Source of the DNA: an uncultured Collinsella sp. | Lineage (GTDB): Bacteria; Actinomycetota; Coriobacteriia; Coriobacteriales; Coriobacteriaceae | DNA length: 64,000 bases | NCBI GenBank assembly: GCA_959018755.1 | Contig: CAUEMA010000004.1 | Coordinates: 12,919-76,918, forward strand | Direction: 5' to 3' | Shown: positions 31,536 through 40,820 of the stretch, in pieces | How the letters are laid out: every line of letters starts with the position of its first letter | Position numbering within the stretch: the stretch's first letter is position 1 | Notes under the pieces: generated by a model | Databases searched by the model: none | What the model was told of the DNA's origin: nothing | Seen by the model: the letters and a program-made list of their open reading frames with translations, nothing else | Program-made: the position numbers and the translations under genes

Positions 31536-32444
31536 CTACGAGACTTGCTCGGGCGTTCCTGCCATGTGGGCGTGGTCGTGAACGTGCGCATGAAGTCGCG
31601 GAAGCTGCACGGTTGCCACTATGACGCCGGTGAGGATGAGAGCGGCGCCAAAGAAGGCGATGGGGCTCAGGACCTCGCCGACCAAGAAGAACGAAAAGAC
31701 GGCGGAGCAGACCGGCTCGAGCGAGAAGGCGAAGCCGGTGGTCTCAGCGGGCACGTGGGGCTGCACGAGCGTTTGGGTGATAAAGCCATAGGCAGAGCAG
31801 ATGAGTGCGAGTGCGACGACGACTACGACCTCGCCCGGCGTGCCGGGAAGCGTGAAACCGCCAAAGACGCATGCGGCAATGCCCGAGAATAAGCCGCCGA
31901 AGCCCAGCTGCCAAACGCCCAGAGCCAACGGATCGACTTCTTCGACAAAGCGCTTCGCCACAATGATATGGCCGGCATAGACAAAGGCGGAGAGCAGCAT
32001 GATGAGCGCGCCCGGGTTCAGGCTGGTGAAATCGGCGCCCGAGAGCAGCAACATACCGCAGGTGACGATGGCGGTGCCGACGAGCACCTTGCGCTCGGGG
32101 GCGCGACGCAGCAGGGCTGCGTTGGCAAACGGCACGATTACGACTGTCAGGCTCTGCAAAAAGCCGGCGGTGGAGGCGGAGGTGAGGCTGGAGCCCAGGC
32201 ACATGCACGTGAGCTCGGTTGCCATGATGGCACCGATGATGGCGGCGCGAACCATAAGGTCGCGGTTGATGCGAAACGCGTGCTTGTGGAAGAGCAGCAG
32301 ACAGGCCGCAAAGGCGATGATGCAGCGCAGCGCAACGATGCTCGTGGCGTTCATGCTGTCCATGCCGATCTTCATGAGGGGGTACGAAAAGCCCCATGCG
32401 ACGGGAACAGAAAATGAGAGCGCGATTGCTTTTTTGCGATCCAT
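31536..32444 (-). CDS. EamA/DMT transporter
   Basis: About 10 TM; AWGFSY, LEPV; His-rich tail. Confidence 0.9.
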   Translation of the reverse strand: MDRKKAIALSFSVPVAWGFSYPLMKIGMDSMNATSIVALRCIIAFAACLLLFHKHAFRINRDLMVRAAIIGAIMATELTCMCLGSSLTSASTAGFLQSLTVVIVPFANAALLRRAPERKVLVGTAIVTCGMLLLSGADFTSLNPGALIMLLSAFVYAGHIIVAKRFVEEVDPLALGVWQLGFGGLFSGIAACVFGGFTLPGTPGEVVVVVALALICSAYGFITQTLVQPHVPAETTGFAFSLEPVCSAVFSFFLVGEVLSPIAFFGAALILTGVIVATVQLPRLHAHVHDHAHMAGTPEQVS

Positions 32445-32602
32445 GGGACTCCTTTTGTTACAGAACGGTTTCGCAAAAAGGATTCTGCTCCCAGATGTGG
32501 ATGTAGTAAAGCGAATGTATCTTCAGTATGATTAAGAAATGCTAATGTTAGCGGGAAAAGTCCTGGCAAAACGTTTTACAGCTACATCGATGTGGAGGCA
32601 CG

Positions 32603-33469
32603 ATGGCATCGCGGTATCAGATTGTATGTATGGTGGTCGATTGCGGCAGTCTTAAGGGCGCGGCGGACGAGCTGGGCTATACGCAAAGTGCGGTGAGCCA
32701 GGCCGTCAAGGCACTCGAGCGCGAGCTGGGCACCACGATTATCGAGCGCGGAAAGCAGGGCGTTTCGCTTACGCGCGACGGTAAGCAATATCTGCCGTAC
32801 CTGCGCCAGATCGTGACTGCCGAGGCCGAGCTCGAGGGCAAGCGTCAGGAGCTGCTGGGGCTTTCGTCGACTGATATTCGTATTGCGACGTTTACCAACG
32901 TGAGTCGAACCGTGTTGCCGCGCGTGATCCGCGACTTTGGGGCCCTGCACCCGGGGGTACACTTTACCCTTAAGCAGGGCGATTACACGCGCAACGCCCA
33001 GTGGGTGCACGATGGCGTGGTTGATTTTTGCTTTACGGCACGCGGTTTTACCGCGGGGCTCGAGAAGCGCGTGGTCTATCACGACGAGTTGGTAGCATTG
33101 TTGCCGGCCGCGCATCCGCTGACGGCAAAGGAAAAGGTGACGCTCGCCGATCTGGCGTCCGAGCCGTTTGTGCTGCTGGATGAGGGCGAACAGAGTCTGG
33201 TGCTCGATGCATTTGCGGCGCATGGGCTGTCGCCGCATGTGACGAGTGAGGTGACCGACGACTACACCATCATGGCGATGGTCGAGGAGGGCCTAGGCGT
33301 GAGTATGCTATATCGCCGTACCGTCGAGGGCATGCGTGCCGATATTCGCGTACGTCCCATCGTGCATGCCCCCTCGCGCGACGTGGTGGCCGCTTGGCGC
33401 AGCTGGGACACCATGCCCATCGCCACGAGGCGCTTTATCGACTATATGAGCTCTCATATTGTCAATTAA
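32603..33469 (+). CDS. LysR-family regulator (divergent from the DMT gene)
   Basis: GSLKGAADELGYTQSAVSQAVKALERELG. Confidence 0.95.
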   Translation: MASRYQIVCMVVDCGSLKGAADELGYTQSAVSQAVKALERELGTTIIERGKQGVSLTRDGKQYLPYLRQIVTAEAELEGKRQELLGLSSTDIRIATFTNVSRTVLPRVIRDFGALHPGVHFTLKQGDYTRNAQWVHDGVVDFCFTARGFTAGLEKRVVYHDELVALLPAAHPLTAKEKVTLADLASEPFVLLDEGEQSLVLDAFAAHGLSPHVTSEVTDDYTIMAMVEEGLGVSMLYRRTVEGMRADIRVRPIVHAPSRDVVAAWRSWDTMPIATRRFIDYMSSHIVN

Positions 33470-33496
33470 TGACTGGCGTGGCGTTGAGTGCGGTGT

Positions 33497-34879
33497 TTAG
33501 CGGGCTGTCGCTTTGGCTTGGGTGGCGCGATAGGTGCGTGCCGGGTGGCAAAGTAGTACCGCCACGACCATAAAGAACGCCGTGGTGCCCAGGCTGATGG
33601 GGTAGACCATCATGATGTTCGCAAAGGTGCGGAAATGCGGGAACACGCAGAACACCCAATAGAAGCGGATGCCGCAGACGCAGATCATGGTGATGAGGGC
33701 GGGCGTGAGCGAGATACCAAAGCCGCGCAGGTAGCCTGACATGTTTTCGTAGAACATACTAAAGGCGTACGCCGGGAAGATCGAACACACGCGGATATAG
33801 CCGATCGAGACGATGTTGGGATCGCTGTTAAAGAGCGACAAGATCTCGCGTCCCAGGCCGACAATAACGATGATCGTGGTGAGTGCAACGATACCACCTT
33901 CGACCAGGCAGACCTTGAGCGTCTTGGTGCAGCGGTCGATCTGGCGGGCGCCGTGATTTTGTCCCACAAAGGTAGTGCAAGCCTGGCTAAAGCTGTTGAG
34001 CAGGTTGTAGCACACGTACTCCAGGCTCATGGCGGCGCTCGATGCCGCCATGACCTCGGTGCCCAAGCTGTTGATGGCAGACTGGATGATGATGTTGGCG
34101 ACAGCAAAGACGGCGCTTTGGATGCCGGCGGGCAGGCCGATCTTGACGATGCGCTTGAGGGCGACGGGGTCGATAGCTAGGTCGCGTAGGGTGACGCGGA
34201 CGACGGAGTCGGTCTTGAGCAGGCGGATAAAGAGCGTAGCGGCGCTGACGGTGTAGGCGATGGCGGTGGCGATGGCGACGCCCGCGACGCCCCAGTGGAG
34301 TATTGGGACAAAGATGAGGTCCAGGCCAATGTTGAGGACGGTGGACACGGCAAGCGCCTGCAGCGGCATGCGGGTGATGCCGACGGAGCGGAAGATCGCG
34401 GCCTCAAAGTTGTAGAGCAAAATCGAGGGCATGCTGAGCAAAAAGACGCGTAGGTAGAGTGAGGCGAGCGGCATGGTCTCGGCGGGAACGTTGAGCGCGG
34501 CGAGCATGGGCTCGGCAAAGATCTCGCCCAGCGCGATGACGACAAAGCCCACGAGCGCCATTAAAATCGAGGTATGGACGGCGCGCTTGACCATGTTCTG
34601 ATCGTTGCGGCCGATAGCGTTGGCGATGACCACGTTGGAGCCAAGCGACATGCCAATAAACAGGTTGAGCATAAGACTGGTAAGCGGAACATTGGAGCCG
34701 ACCGCCGCCATGGCGAGGGTTCCCTGGTCGCCCGAGAAGTTGCCGATGATGACCGTGGCGATGAGGTTCGACAGCTGCTCCAGGATGCTCGTGGCGGCCA
34801 CGGGGAAGGCGAACAGGGGAATATTGCGCCACAGCGAGCCGGTGGTCATGTCAATGTGCTTAGATACGGTGTCAGCCAT
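33497..34879 (-). CDS. MATE-family efflux transporter
   Basis: DMTTGSL, LNIGLDLIFV, GVAGVAIAT, FVGQNHGA; about 12 TM. Confidence 0.92.
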   Translation of the reverse strand: MADTVSKHIDMTTGSLWRNIPLFAFPVAATSILEQLSNLIATVIIGNFSGDQGTLAMAAVGSNVPLTSLMLNLFIGMSLGSNVVIANAIGRNDQNMVKRAVHTSILMALVGFVVIALGEIFAEPMLAALNVPAETMPLASLYLRVFLLSMPSILLYNFEAAIFRSVGITRMPLQALAVSTVLNIGLDLIFVPILHWGVAGVAIATAIAYTVSAATLFIRLLKTDSVVRVTLRDLAIDPVALKRIVKIGLPAGIQSAVFAVANIIIQSAINSLGTEVMAASSAAMSLEYVCYNLLNSFSQACTTFVGQNHGARQIDRCTKTLKVCLVEGGIVALTTIIVIVGLGREILSLFNSDPNIVSIGYIRVCSIFPAYAFSMFYENMSGYLRGFGISLTPALITMICVCGIRFYWVFCVFPHFRTFANIMMVYPISLGTTAFFMVVAVLLCHPARTYRATQAKATAR

Positions 34880-34943
34880 ATGCTCTCAATCTCTAATATG
34901 CTCTTTCGTGCTTATTTGCGCAGATGATGATACTCCTAATCGA

Positions 34944-35001
34944 CTAGTCATTGGGGACGTTCTTAAACGACTAGTCATTCAAGAACGTCCCCAATGACTA
35001 G
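34944..35001. repeat. REP-like family A (two 27-bp units)
   Basis: ctagtcattggggacgttcttaaacgactagtcattcaagaacgtccccaatgactag. Confidence 0.85.
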
Positions 35002-35057
35002 GTGGGGAAGGCGTGCGACAATGGTGGGCGTTGTGTTGTTCGCGCTAAGGAGTTGCC

Positions 35058-35873
35058 ATGTTGTTGTGTCCCGTTTGCCATGAGCCACTGGTGGATGACG
35101 AGCGTGGTGTTGCATGCGCGGGCGGACACCGGTTTGACCGTGCGCGCGAGGGCTATCTATATCTGCTGCGCTCATCCAAGAGCGGCGACTCCATGGGTGA
35201 TCCCAAGTCGCAGGCACGCAGCCGTCGTGACTTTCTGAACCGTGGATACTACGCGCCGTTGCGCGATGCGATGGTCGAGCTGGTGCACGAGCGGGCGGCA
35301 GAGCACGGGGCGTCTACGGGCAAGCAGCTGACCTTGCTCGATATTTGCTGCGGCGAGGGCTATTACACGAGTGCCATGGGCGAGGTGCCGGGCGTGGATG
35401 CTTATGGTTTCGACCTTGGCAAAGAGATGGTGCGCCTTGCCGCCAAGCGCGGCGATGCGACCTATTTCGTGGCCAACATGAAGGACATCCCCGTGGCTGA
35501 TGGCGCCTTCGATATGGTGACCGAGCTCTTTGCCCCCTTTAACGAGCGCGAGTTTGCCCGCGTGCTGGCGCCCGAGGGCTCGCTTTACACCGTGGTGCCG
35601 GGTGCCCGTCATCTGTTTGGGCTTAAGGAAGTGCTCTACGACACGCCATATCTCAATGACGAGAAACTGCCGAAGACTACCGAGCTCGAGTTGGTCGGAA
35701 CGCAGCGGGTGTCTGCGAACATTACGCTCCAGACCCAGGCCGACATCGAGGCGGTGTTCCAGATGACGCCGTACTACTACCGCACGCGCCCCGCCGACAG
35801 AGAGCGCCTGGCAAATCTGGACACCCTTCAAACCGCCATCGACTTCATCATCGCCGAGTACCGCCACAGCTAA
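35058..35873 (+). CDS. RlmA-like 23S rRNA m1G methyltransferase
   Basis: CPVC...C..GH.FD.AREGY zinc finger; RRDFL..GYY; DICCGEGYY; MTPYYY. Confidence 0.85.
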   Translation: MLLCPVCHEPLVDDERGVACAGGHRFDRAREGYLYLLRSSKSGDSMGDPKSQARSRRDFLNRGYYAPLRDAMVELVHERAAEHGASTGKQLTLLDICCGEGYYTSAMGEVPGVDAYGFDLGKEMVRLAAKRGDATYFVANMKDIPVADGAFDMVTELFAPFNEREFARVLAPEGSLYTVVPGARHLFGLKEVLYDTPYLNDEKLPKTTELELVGTQRVSANITLQTQADIEAVFQMTPYYYRTRPADRERLANLDTLQTAIDFIIAEYRHS

Positions 35874-35874
35874 C

Positions 35875-35911
35875 AACCTGCCAAATAGGAACAGGTTTAT
35901 TTTGGTAGGTT
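35875..35911. repeat. REP-like palindrome family C
   Basis: aacctgccaaataggaacaggtttattttggtaggtt; sister copy at 52600. Confidence 0.7.
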
Positions 35912-35927
35912 CTATCTGGGCAAACGT

Positions 35928-35965
35928 AAAGGGCCGACCGCGTTGCTACGCGATCGGCCCTTTTT
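35928..35965. terminator. Bidirectional intrinsic terminator
   Basis: aaagggccga...tcggcccttttt between convergent genes. Confidence 0.75.
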
Positions 35966-36011
35966 ATTGGCGTATATACCAGAGTCGCTGAGCGATTGAC
36001 ACGGATGCGGT

Positions 36012-36416
36012 TTAGCTCAAACGGTCCATGCCCTCTTTCTTGACGCGGTTGGCGACTACAAAGTAGATAATGCTGACAATCAGGCCGCTAAAATCGGGGA
36101 TGCTTGAGCCGGTCCCACCCAAGAGGGGCAGGGAGAGAAGCAGGCTGATGACCGAACATGCTAGGCAGACGATGGACCAAATCCAGACAACGCCAGCCTT
36201 GGCGGGATTATTTGCCGCGCGGATGCCAAAGACGGCGGTCACAATTTCGACGACGCCCAATACGATGACGACGATGCAAGAAACGATCATGGTACCCGTG
36301 ATATCGCCTGCCGCGCTGCCCGCAAAGAGCGCTGTAGCACCCATGCCTGCGCTTAGAATGCCGACGACAAAGAAGAAGAACGATAGGATTTTGAGTAATT
36401 TGCAGGCGTTGCTCAT
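36012..36416 (-). CDS. Hypothetical 4-TM membrane protein
   Basis: AAAGGA RBS; four hydrophobic segments. Confidence 0.75.
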   Translation of the reverse strand: MSNACKLLKILSFFFFVVGILSAGMGATALFAGSAAGDITGTMIVSCIVVIVLGVVEIVTAVFGIRAANNPAKAGVVWIWSIVCLACSVISLLLSLPLLGGTGSSIPDFSGLIVSIIYFVVANRVKKEGMDRLS

Positions 36417-36645
36417 GGCTGGTCCTTTCGATGCGGGCGCGGAGAATCAGTCGCACCCAGGTTGTGGCACATATCGTGAAGCACATTGTAGTTCAACGGG
36501 GCGATGCATGCGTTTGAAAGCGTCTCTTGCCTGTACGGTCCAACCTTTCAAAAAGGAAAGCTGGACGTAAGCCAAATCGATGGCGGCTCATGTGCGGCGC
36601 TGAGATGATGAGGCTGTAACAAGGAGCTGGTCTCAAGGAGGAGCC

Positions 36646-36789
36646 ATGATGTACGGAGCAGGGCAAGTGCGTGAGCCGCGGTCGTTGGGAAGGCGCATGG
36701 GTGATTCCGTGATCGCTGCTGTGTGCACGGGATTGATGGCGGTGCTTTGCATTGGGATGCTGTGGGCCATGTCGCATGTGGGACAATAG
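36646..36789 (+). CDS. Small single-TM protein, 47 aa
   Basis: AAGGAGG RBS; MMYGAGQVREPRSLGRRMGDSVIAAVCTGLMAVLCIGMLWAMSHVGQ; not in the ORF track. Confidence 0.6.
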   Translation: MMYGAGQVREPRSLGRRMGDSVIAAVCTGLMAVLCIGMLWAMSHVGQ

Positions 36790-36847
36790 CGGACGGTTGG
36801 GTGCCGACATAAACGGTGCCCTGCGTATTCGTTTTGCTTGTTAAGGA

Positions 36848-37558
36848 GTGTCCATGGGCGTCGTCGATCCCTTATCTGTTGCTCGGGCCGCGGGGCTTGA
36901 GCTGATCGGGAAGCCCGAGGGCCTCACGCTCACCGACGGCACGATGGAGCTGCGCGCCGATTTTGGCCGCATGCTGCCGCGACTCAAGCAGGGCCGTCTG
37001 CAGCAAGAGCTGTTGGTAAAGGCTGCGCGCACAAAGGGCATCGAGCGACCATGGGCAATTGACGCTACGGCAGGCTTTGGCGAGGATTCGCTGCTGTTGG
37101 CGGCCGCGGGCTTTACCGTCGATCTGTATGAGCAGGACTGCGTGATCGCGGCGCTCCTTCAGGATGCTTTGGAGCGCGCGGCGGATGATCCGGCGCTTGC
37201 GGCTGCCGTGGCACGCATGTGCTTACATGCGGGCGAGGACAGCATTGCGGGCCTTCGTCAAACCGTCGAGCTGGTCGAGCAGGGCGAGCTCGCAGCACCC
37301 GACGTGGTGTACCTGGATCCCATGTTTCCCGAGCGCACCAAGAGTGCAGCGGTCAAAAAGAAGTTCCAGCTCCTACATCATCTGGAGCAGCCATGCGCCG
37401 ACGAGGAATCGCTGGTCGAGGCGGCGCTTGCTGTGCATCCGCGCAAGGTCGTTATCAAGCGGCCGGTAAAGGGCCCGCTGCTTGCCGGCGTTAAGCCGAG
37501 CTATCAACTTGCGGGCAAGGCCGTTCGCTACGATGTTTTGGTGCCGCCGCGCCCGTAG
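36848..37558 (+). CDS. RsmJ/YhiQ-like SAM-dependent rRNA methyltransferase
   Basis: IDATAGFGEDS, VVYLDPMFP, KSAAVKK, KVVIKRP, RYDV. Confidence 0.85.
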   Translation: MSMGVVDPLSVARAAGLELIGKPEGLTLTDGTMELRADFGRMLPRLKQGRLQQELLVKAARTKGIERPWAIDATAGFGEDSLLLAAAGFTVDLYEQDCVIAALLQDALERAADDPALAAAVARMCLHAGEDSIAGLRQTVELVEQGELAAPDVVYLDPMFPERTKSAAVKKKFQLLHHLEQPCADEESLVEAALAVHPRKVVIKRPVKGPLLAGVKPSYQLAGKAVRYDVLVPPRP

Positions 37559-37606
37559 CTTGTGTGCGATGGCTGGCGCTCCGTCAGTGCCGTGCCAATG
37601 TGGGGT

Positions 37607-37903
37607 CTATTTCCAAGGGTGCGACGTCAAATGCCAGCCGCCGCAGTATTCGCATTTGTAGCAGGCCAAGCCACGCCGCCCGCGGTTTTCACATTCGGCC
37701 ATAACAGCCTCGGCCTCGGCGCGCGTGTCGTAACGGTTTTTGCGCTCGCACGACTTGTAGCGCCAGGCCTCATCGCGCTCGGCGTCCAGGGCGTCGCGGC
37801 GCTCGTCTTCGCGCGCAAACAGGTCACTCATATCGCCGCCCGTGGCAGCGCCTAAAAACTCGCTTTTGGCTTTTGACCAAGCGGCTCGCTTTTTGCTCCC
37901 CAT
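37607..37903 (-). CDS. Small hypothetical protein with a C...CxxC-xxxH putative zinc site
   Basis: SCERKNRY...YKCEYCGGWHLTS; GGAGAGG RBS region. Confidence 0.7.
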   Translation of the reverse strand: MGSKKRAAWSKAKSEFLGAATGGDMSDLFAREDERRDALDAERDEAWRYKSCERKNRYDTRAEAEAVMAECENRGRRGLACYKCEYCGGWHLTSHPWK

Positions 37904-37980
37904 CTGCTTCGCGCCCCTCTCCAAACGTTGGTATCATTGCTCAATCAAAGTGATACCAATAAACGTGAGGCCGCCGCGTG

Positions 37981-38469
37981 ATGATCAGAAAAACCCTCGA
38001 TACCGACATTCCCGCCGTCATGGCTGTCTATGACGCGGCCCGCGCCTTTATGCGCGCGCATGGCAACGCCACGCAGTGGCCCGAGGGCACGCCTTCTGCC
38101 GAGCAGCTGGCTGCCGATATCGCTGCCGGTGGCAGCTATGTGTGTGAAGTCGACGGCCGCGTGGTGGCGACGTTTGCCTTTTTACCGGGCCCGGACGAGT
38201 GCTATGACGTAATTGAGGACGGTCAATGGCGTAGCGACACTCCGTACGCCGTGCTGCACCGTGTGGCATCCGACGGCACCGTGCACGGTATCGCGGCTGC
38301 GATGTTTGCCTTTGCCAAGGAGCGTGCCGATCACCTGCGCATCGACACGCATCAGGACAACCTGCCCATGCAGGGCGCGAGCCTCAAGGCGGGGTTTGAG
38401 CGCGCCGGCATCGTGTATGTGTCCGACGGTACACCGCGTGTTGCGTTTGACTGGCTGCGCGAGGCATAA
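37981..38469 (+). CDS. GNAT N-acetyltransferase
   Basis: YAVLHRVAS, LRIDTHQDNLPMQ...KAGF. Confidence 0.88.
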   Translation: MIRKTLDTDIPAVMAVYDAARAFMRAHGNATQWPEGTPSAEQLAADIAAGGSYVCEVDGRVVATFAFLPGPDECYDVIEDGQWRSDTPYAVLHRVASDGTVHGIAAAMFAFAKERADHLRIDTHQDNLPMQGASLKAGFERAGIVYVSDGTPRVAFDWLREA

Positions 38470-38723
38470 GAGCGGGGACGCGTATCAACAATTTGCACGA
38501 ACGAAAATGGCCCCGGGTGGGGCTATTTTCGTTCGCTACGCTGTTTTGCAAGCCGGCTTTCGCAAGGCGCGAACCTACGAAAATCGCCGCGCGGCAACGC
38601 AGGGCGATGAGCTCGGTCGGGGGATAGGGCCCGCTTCGCCCGCCGGCCCGTACATTGTATCATCCAGTGTGAAGCGTGAACGCCCGTTGCCGCGTGCGAT
38701 GGGCTCGTAATAAGAGGAGAGCC

Positions 38724-40727
38724 ATGTCGAAGCAAGCGGTCGTTGGAATCTTGGCGCATGTCGATGCAGGCAAGACCACGCTAGCCGAGGCCATGCTGTT
38801 CAACGCGGGTCGCATTCGCAAGCGCGGCCGCGTGGACGATGGCGATTCACATCTGGACACGAACGCGATCGAGCGCGAGCGTGGCATCACGATCTTCTCG
38901 TCGCAGGCCGTGCTCGAGCATGGCGATACCCGCGTCATGCTCGTGGATGCGCCGGGGCATGTCGATTTTTCTGCCGAGGCGGAGCGCACGCTGCGCGCAC
39001 TCGACTACGCGATTTTGGTTGTGGGCGCCAACGACGGCGTGCAAGGGCATACCGAAACCCTGTGGCGTCTGCTTGCGCGCTATGACATTCCGACGTTCAT
39101 CTATATCAACAAAATCGATTTGGAGAATCCCGGCCGCGATGTTTTGCTGGCACAACTTGGGCAGCGTCTTTCTGAGGGGTGCCTGGATGCCAACGAACTG
39201 CTGGTGGGTGGGGCCGTTCAGGAGGACGCTGCTGCGTTGGACGAGGCGGCGCTCGAGGAGTTTCTAGAGGTGGGTGAGCTTTCCGTCGCGACGCTGTCAC
39301 GCATGGTTGCCGAGCGCAAGCTCTTTCCCTGTTTTGCCGGCTCGGCGCTCAAGGACCAAGGCGTGGACGAGCTGCTGGATGGCATATGTGCGCTGATGCG
39401 CGAACAGGCATGGCGCCCGGAGTTTGCCGCGCGCGTCTACCGCGTGAGCCGCGGAGATCGCGGCGAGCGCTTGGCATGGGTTAAAGTGACCGGCGGCACG
39501 CTGCATGCCAAGCAGATGATTGACGGACGTTCCGGTGCCGAGGCGTGGGAACAGAAGGCCGATCAGGTGCGCATCTATAACGGCGAAAAGTATGAGCTTG
39601 CCCAAGAAGTTGCTGCTGGCGGTATTTGTGCCGTGACGGGTCTTGCGCACGTTCGCCCAGGGGACGCCCTGGGCGCGGAGTCCGCGTGCGATGCGCCCAT
39701 CATCGCTCCGGTCCTCACCTATACGGTGCTTCCGGACGAACATGACGTCCATACGGTGTTCAAAGCGCTGACTGAGCTGGCGGACGAAGATCCCATGCTC
39801 GGCGTAAGCTGGAATACGCATCTTGAGCAGATTCATTTGCAGTTGATGGGCGCCGTGCAACTCGAGGTCGTGCAGCGGGTGTTGGCAGATCGCTTTGGCC
39901 TTTCGGTTTCGTTTGAGTCTGGCGGCATTCTCTATAAGGAGACTATTTCGCAGCCGGTCGAGGGCGTGGGCCACTTTGAGCCGCTGCGCCACTATGCCGA
40001 GGTGCATCTGCGCCTGGAGCCGTTGCCAGCGGGTTCGGGCGTGCAGTTTGGCACCGTGACCTCGACCGACGAGCTCGATCTTAACTGGCAGCGTCTGGCA
40101 CTCACCAACGCCATGGAGCGCGACCACTTGGGCGTGCTGACCGGCTCGCCCATCACCGATGTGCGCATTACACTCACAGGTGGCCGCGCGCATGCCAAAC
40201 ACACCGAGGGCGGCGATTTTCGCCAGGCTACGTACCGTGCGATTCGCCAGGGACTCATGCAGGCACGTGAGGCCGGCGCGGCGGTACTATTGGAGCCGTG
40301 GTACCACTTTGAGCTCGAGGTGCCGGGGGAGTGCGTGGGCCGGGCGCACTCGGATGCCACGCGCATGGGTGCCGAGTACGAGCCGCCGACGATGGCGGGC
40401 GACCGGGCGAAGCTTGTGGGTCGCGTACCGGTATCCGAGGTGCAGGATTACGCGTTGGAGGTGGCTGCCTACACGAGCGGTCGCGGACATCTGTACCTGG
40501 AGTTCGCCGGCTATGCGGCTTGCCATGATGCCGAGCGCGTAATCGAGGCTGCCGCCTATGAGCCAGAGGCCGATCTGCCCAACACGCCCGATTCGGTCTT
40601 TTGCTCTCACGGCGCCGGTTACACGGTCAAATGGTACGACGTACCCGCCGCGGCGCACGTAAAGGTCGATCCCGCTACCTTCCGCCCCTGGCGAGCAGCA
40701 GACGCCGAGTTTTTCGGCCATAGGTGA
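38724..40727 (+). CDS. EF-G/TetM-like translational GTPase
   Basis: AHVDAGKTT, RERGITI, DAPGHVDF, NKID; domains III-V (HFEPLRHYAE, HTEGGDFRQA). Confidence 0.9.
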   Translation: MSKQAVVGILAHVDAGKTTLAEAMLFNAGRIRKRGRVDDGDSHLDTNAIERERGITIFSSQAVLEHGDTRVMLVDAPGHVDFSAEAERTLRALDYAILVVGANDGVQGHTETLWRLLARYDIPTFIYINKIDLENPGRDVLLAQLGQRLSEGCLDANELLVGGAVQEDAAALDEAALEEFLEVGELSVATLSRMVAERKLFPCFAGSALKDQGVDELLDGICALMREQAWRPEFAARVYRVSRGDRGERLAWVKVTGGTLHAKQMIDGRSGAEAWEQKADQVRIYNGEKYELAQEVAAGGICAVTGLAHVRPGDALGAESACDAPIIAPVLTYTVLPDEHDVHTVFKALTELADEDPMLGVSWNTHLEQIHLQLMGAVQLEVVQRVLADRFGLSVSFESGGILYKETISQPVEGVGHFEPLRHYAEVHLRLEPLPAGSGVQFGTVTSTDELDLNWQRLALTNAMERDHLGVLTGSPITDVRITLTGGRAHAKHTEGGDFRQATYRAIRQGLMQAREAGAAVLLEPWYHFELEVPGECVGRAHSDATRMGAEYEPPTMAGDRAKLVGRVPVSEVQDYALEVAAYTSGRGHLYLEFAGYAACHDAERVIEAAAYEPEADLPNTPDSVFCSHGAGYTVKWYDVPAAAHVKVDPATFRPWRAADAEFFGHR

Positions 40728-40752
40728 TAGAAGGGCGGCCCTTTTGTCACCT
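40722..40752. repeat. REP-like palindrome family B (supplies the GTPase stop codon)
   Basis: aggtgatagaaggg-cgg-cccttttgtcacct. Confidence 0.55.
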
Positions 40753-40820
40753 GCTGTTGGTATAACTCGGTATAAGTTGGTATAACTATTACCAGGGTTT
40801 GCCAATCCGAGGAGGCCGAC

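Noticed and set aside
38724..40727. Acquired tetracycline-resistance gene tet(W/M/O)
   Set aside because: The motifs differ from true ribosomal protection proteins, composition is host-like, and there is no mobile context.
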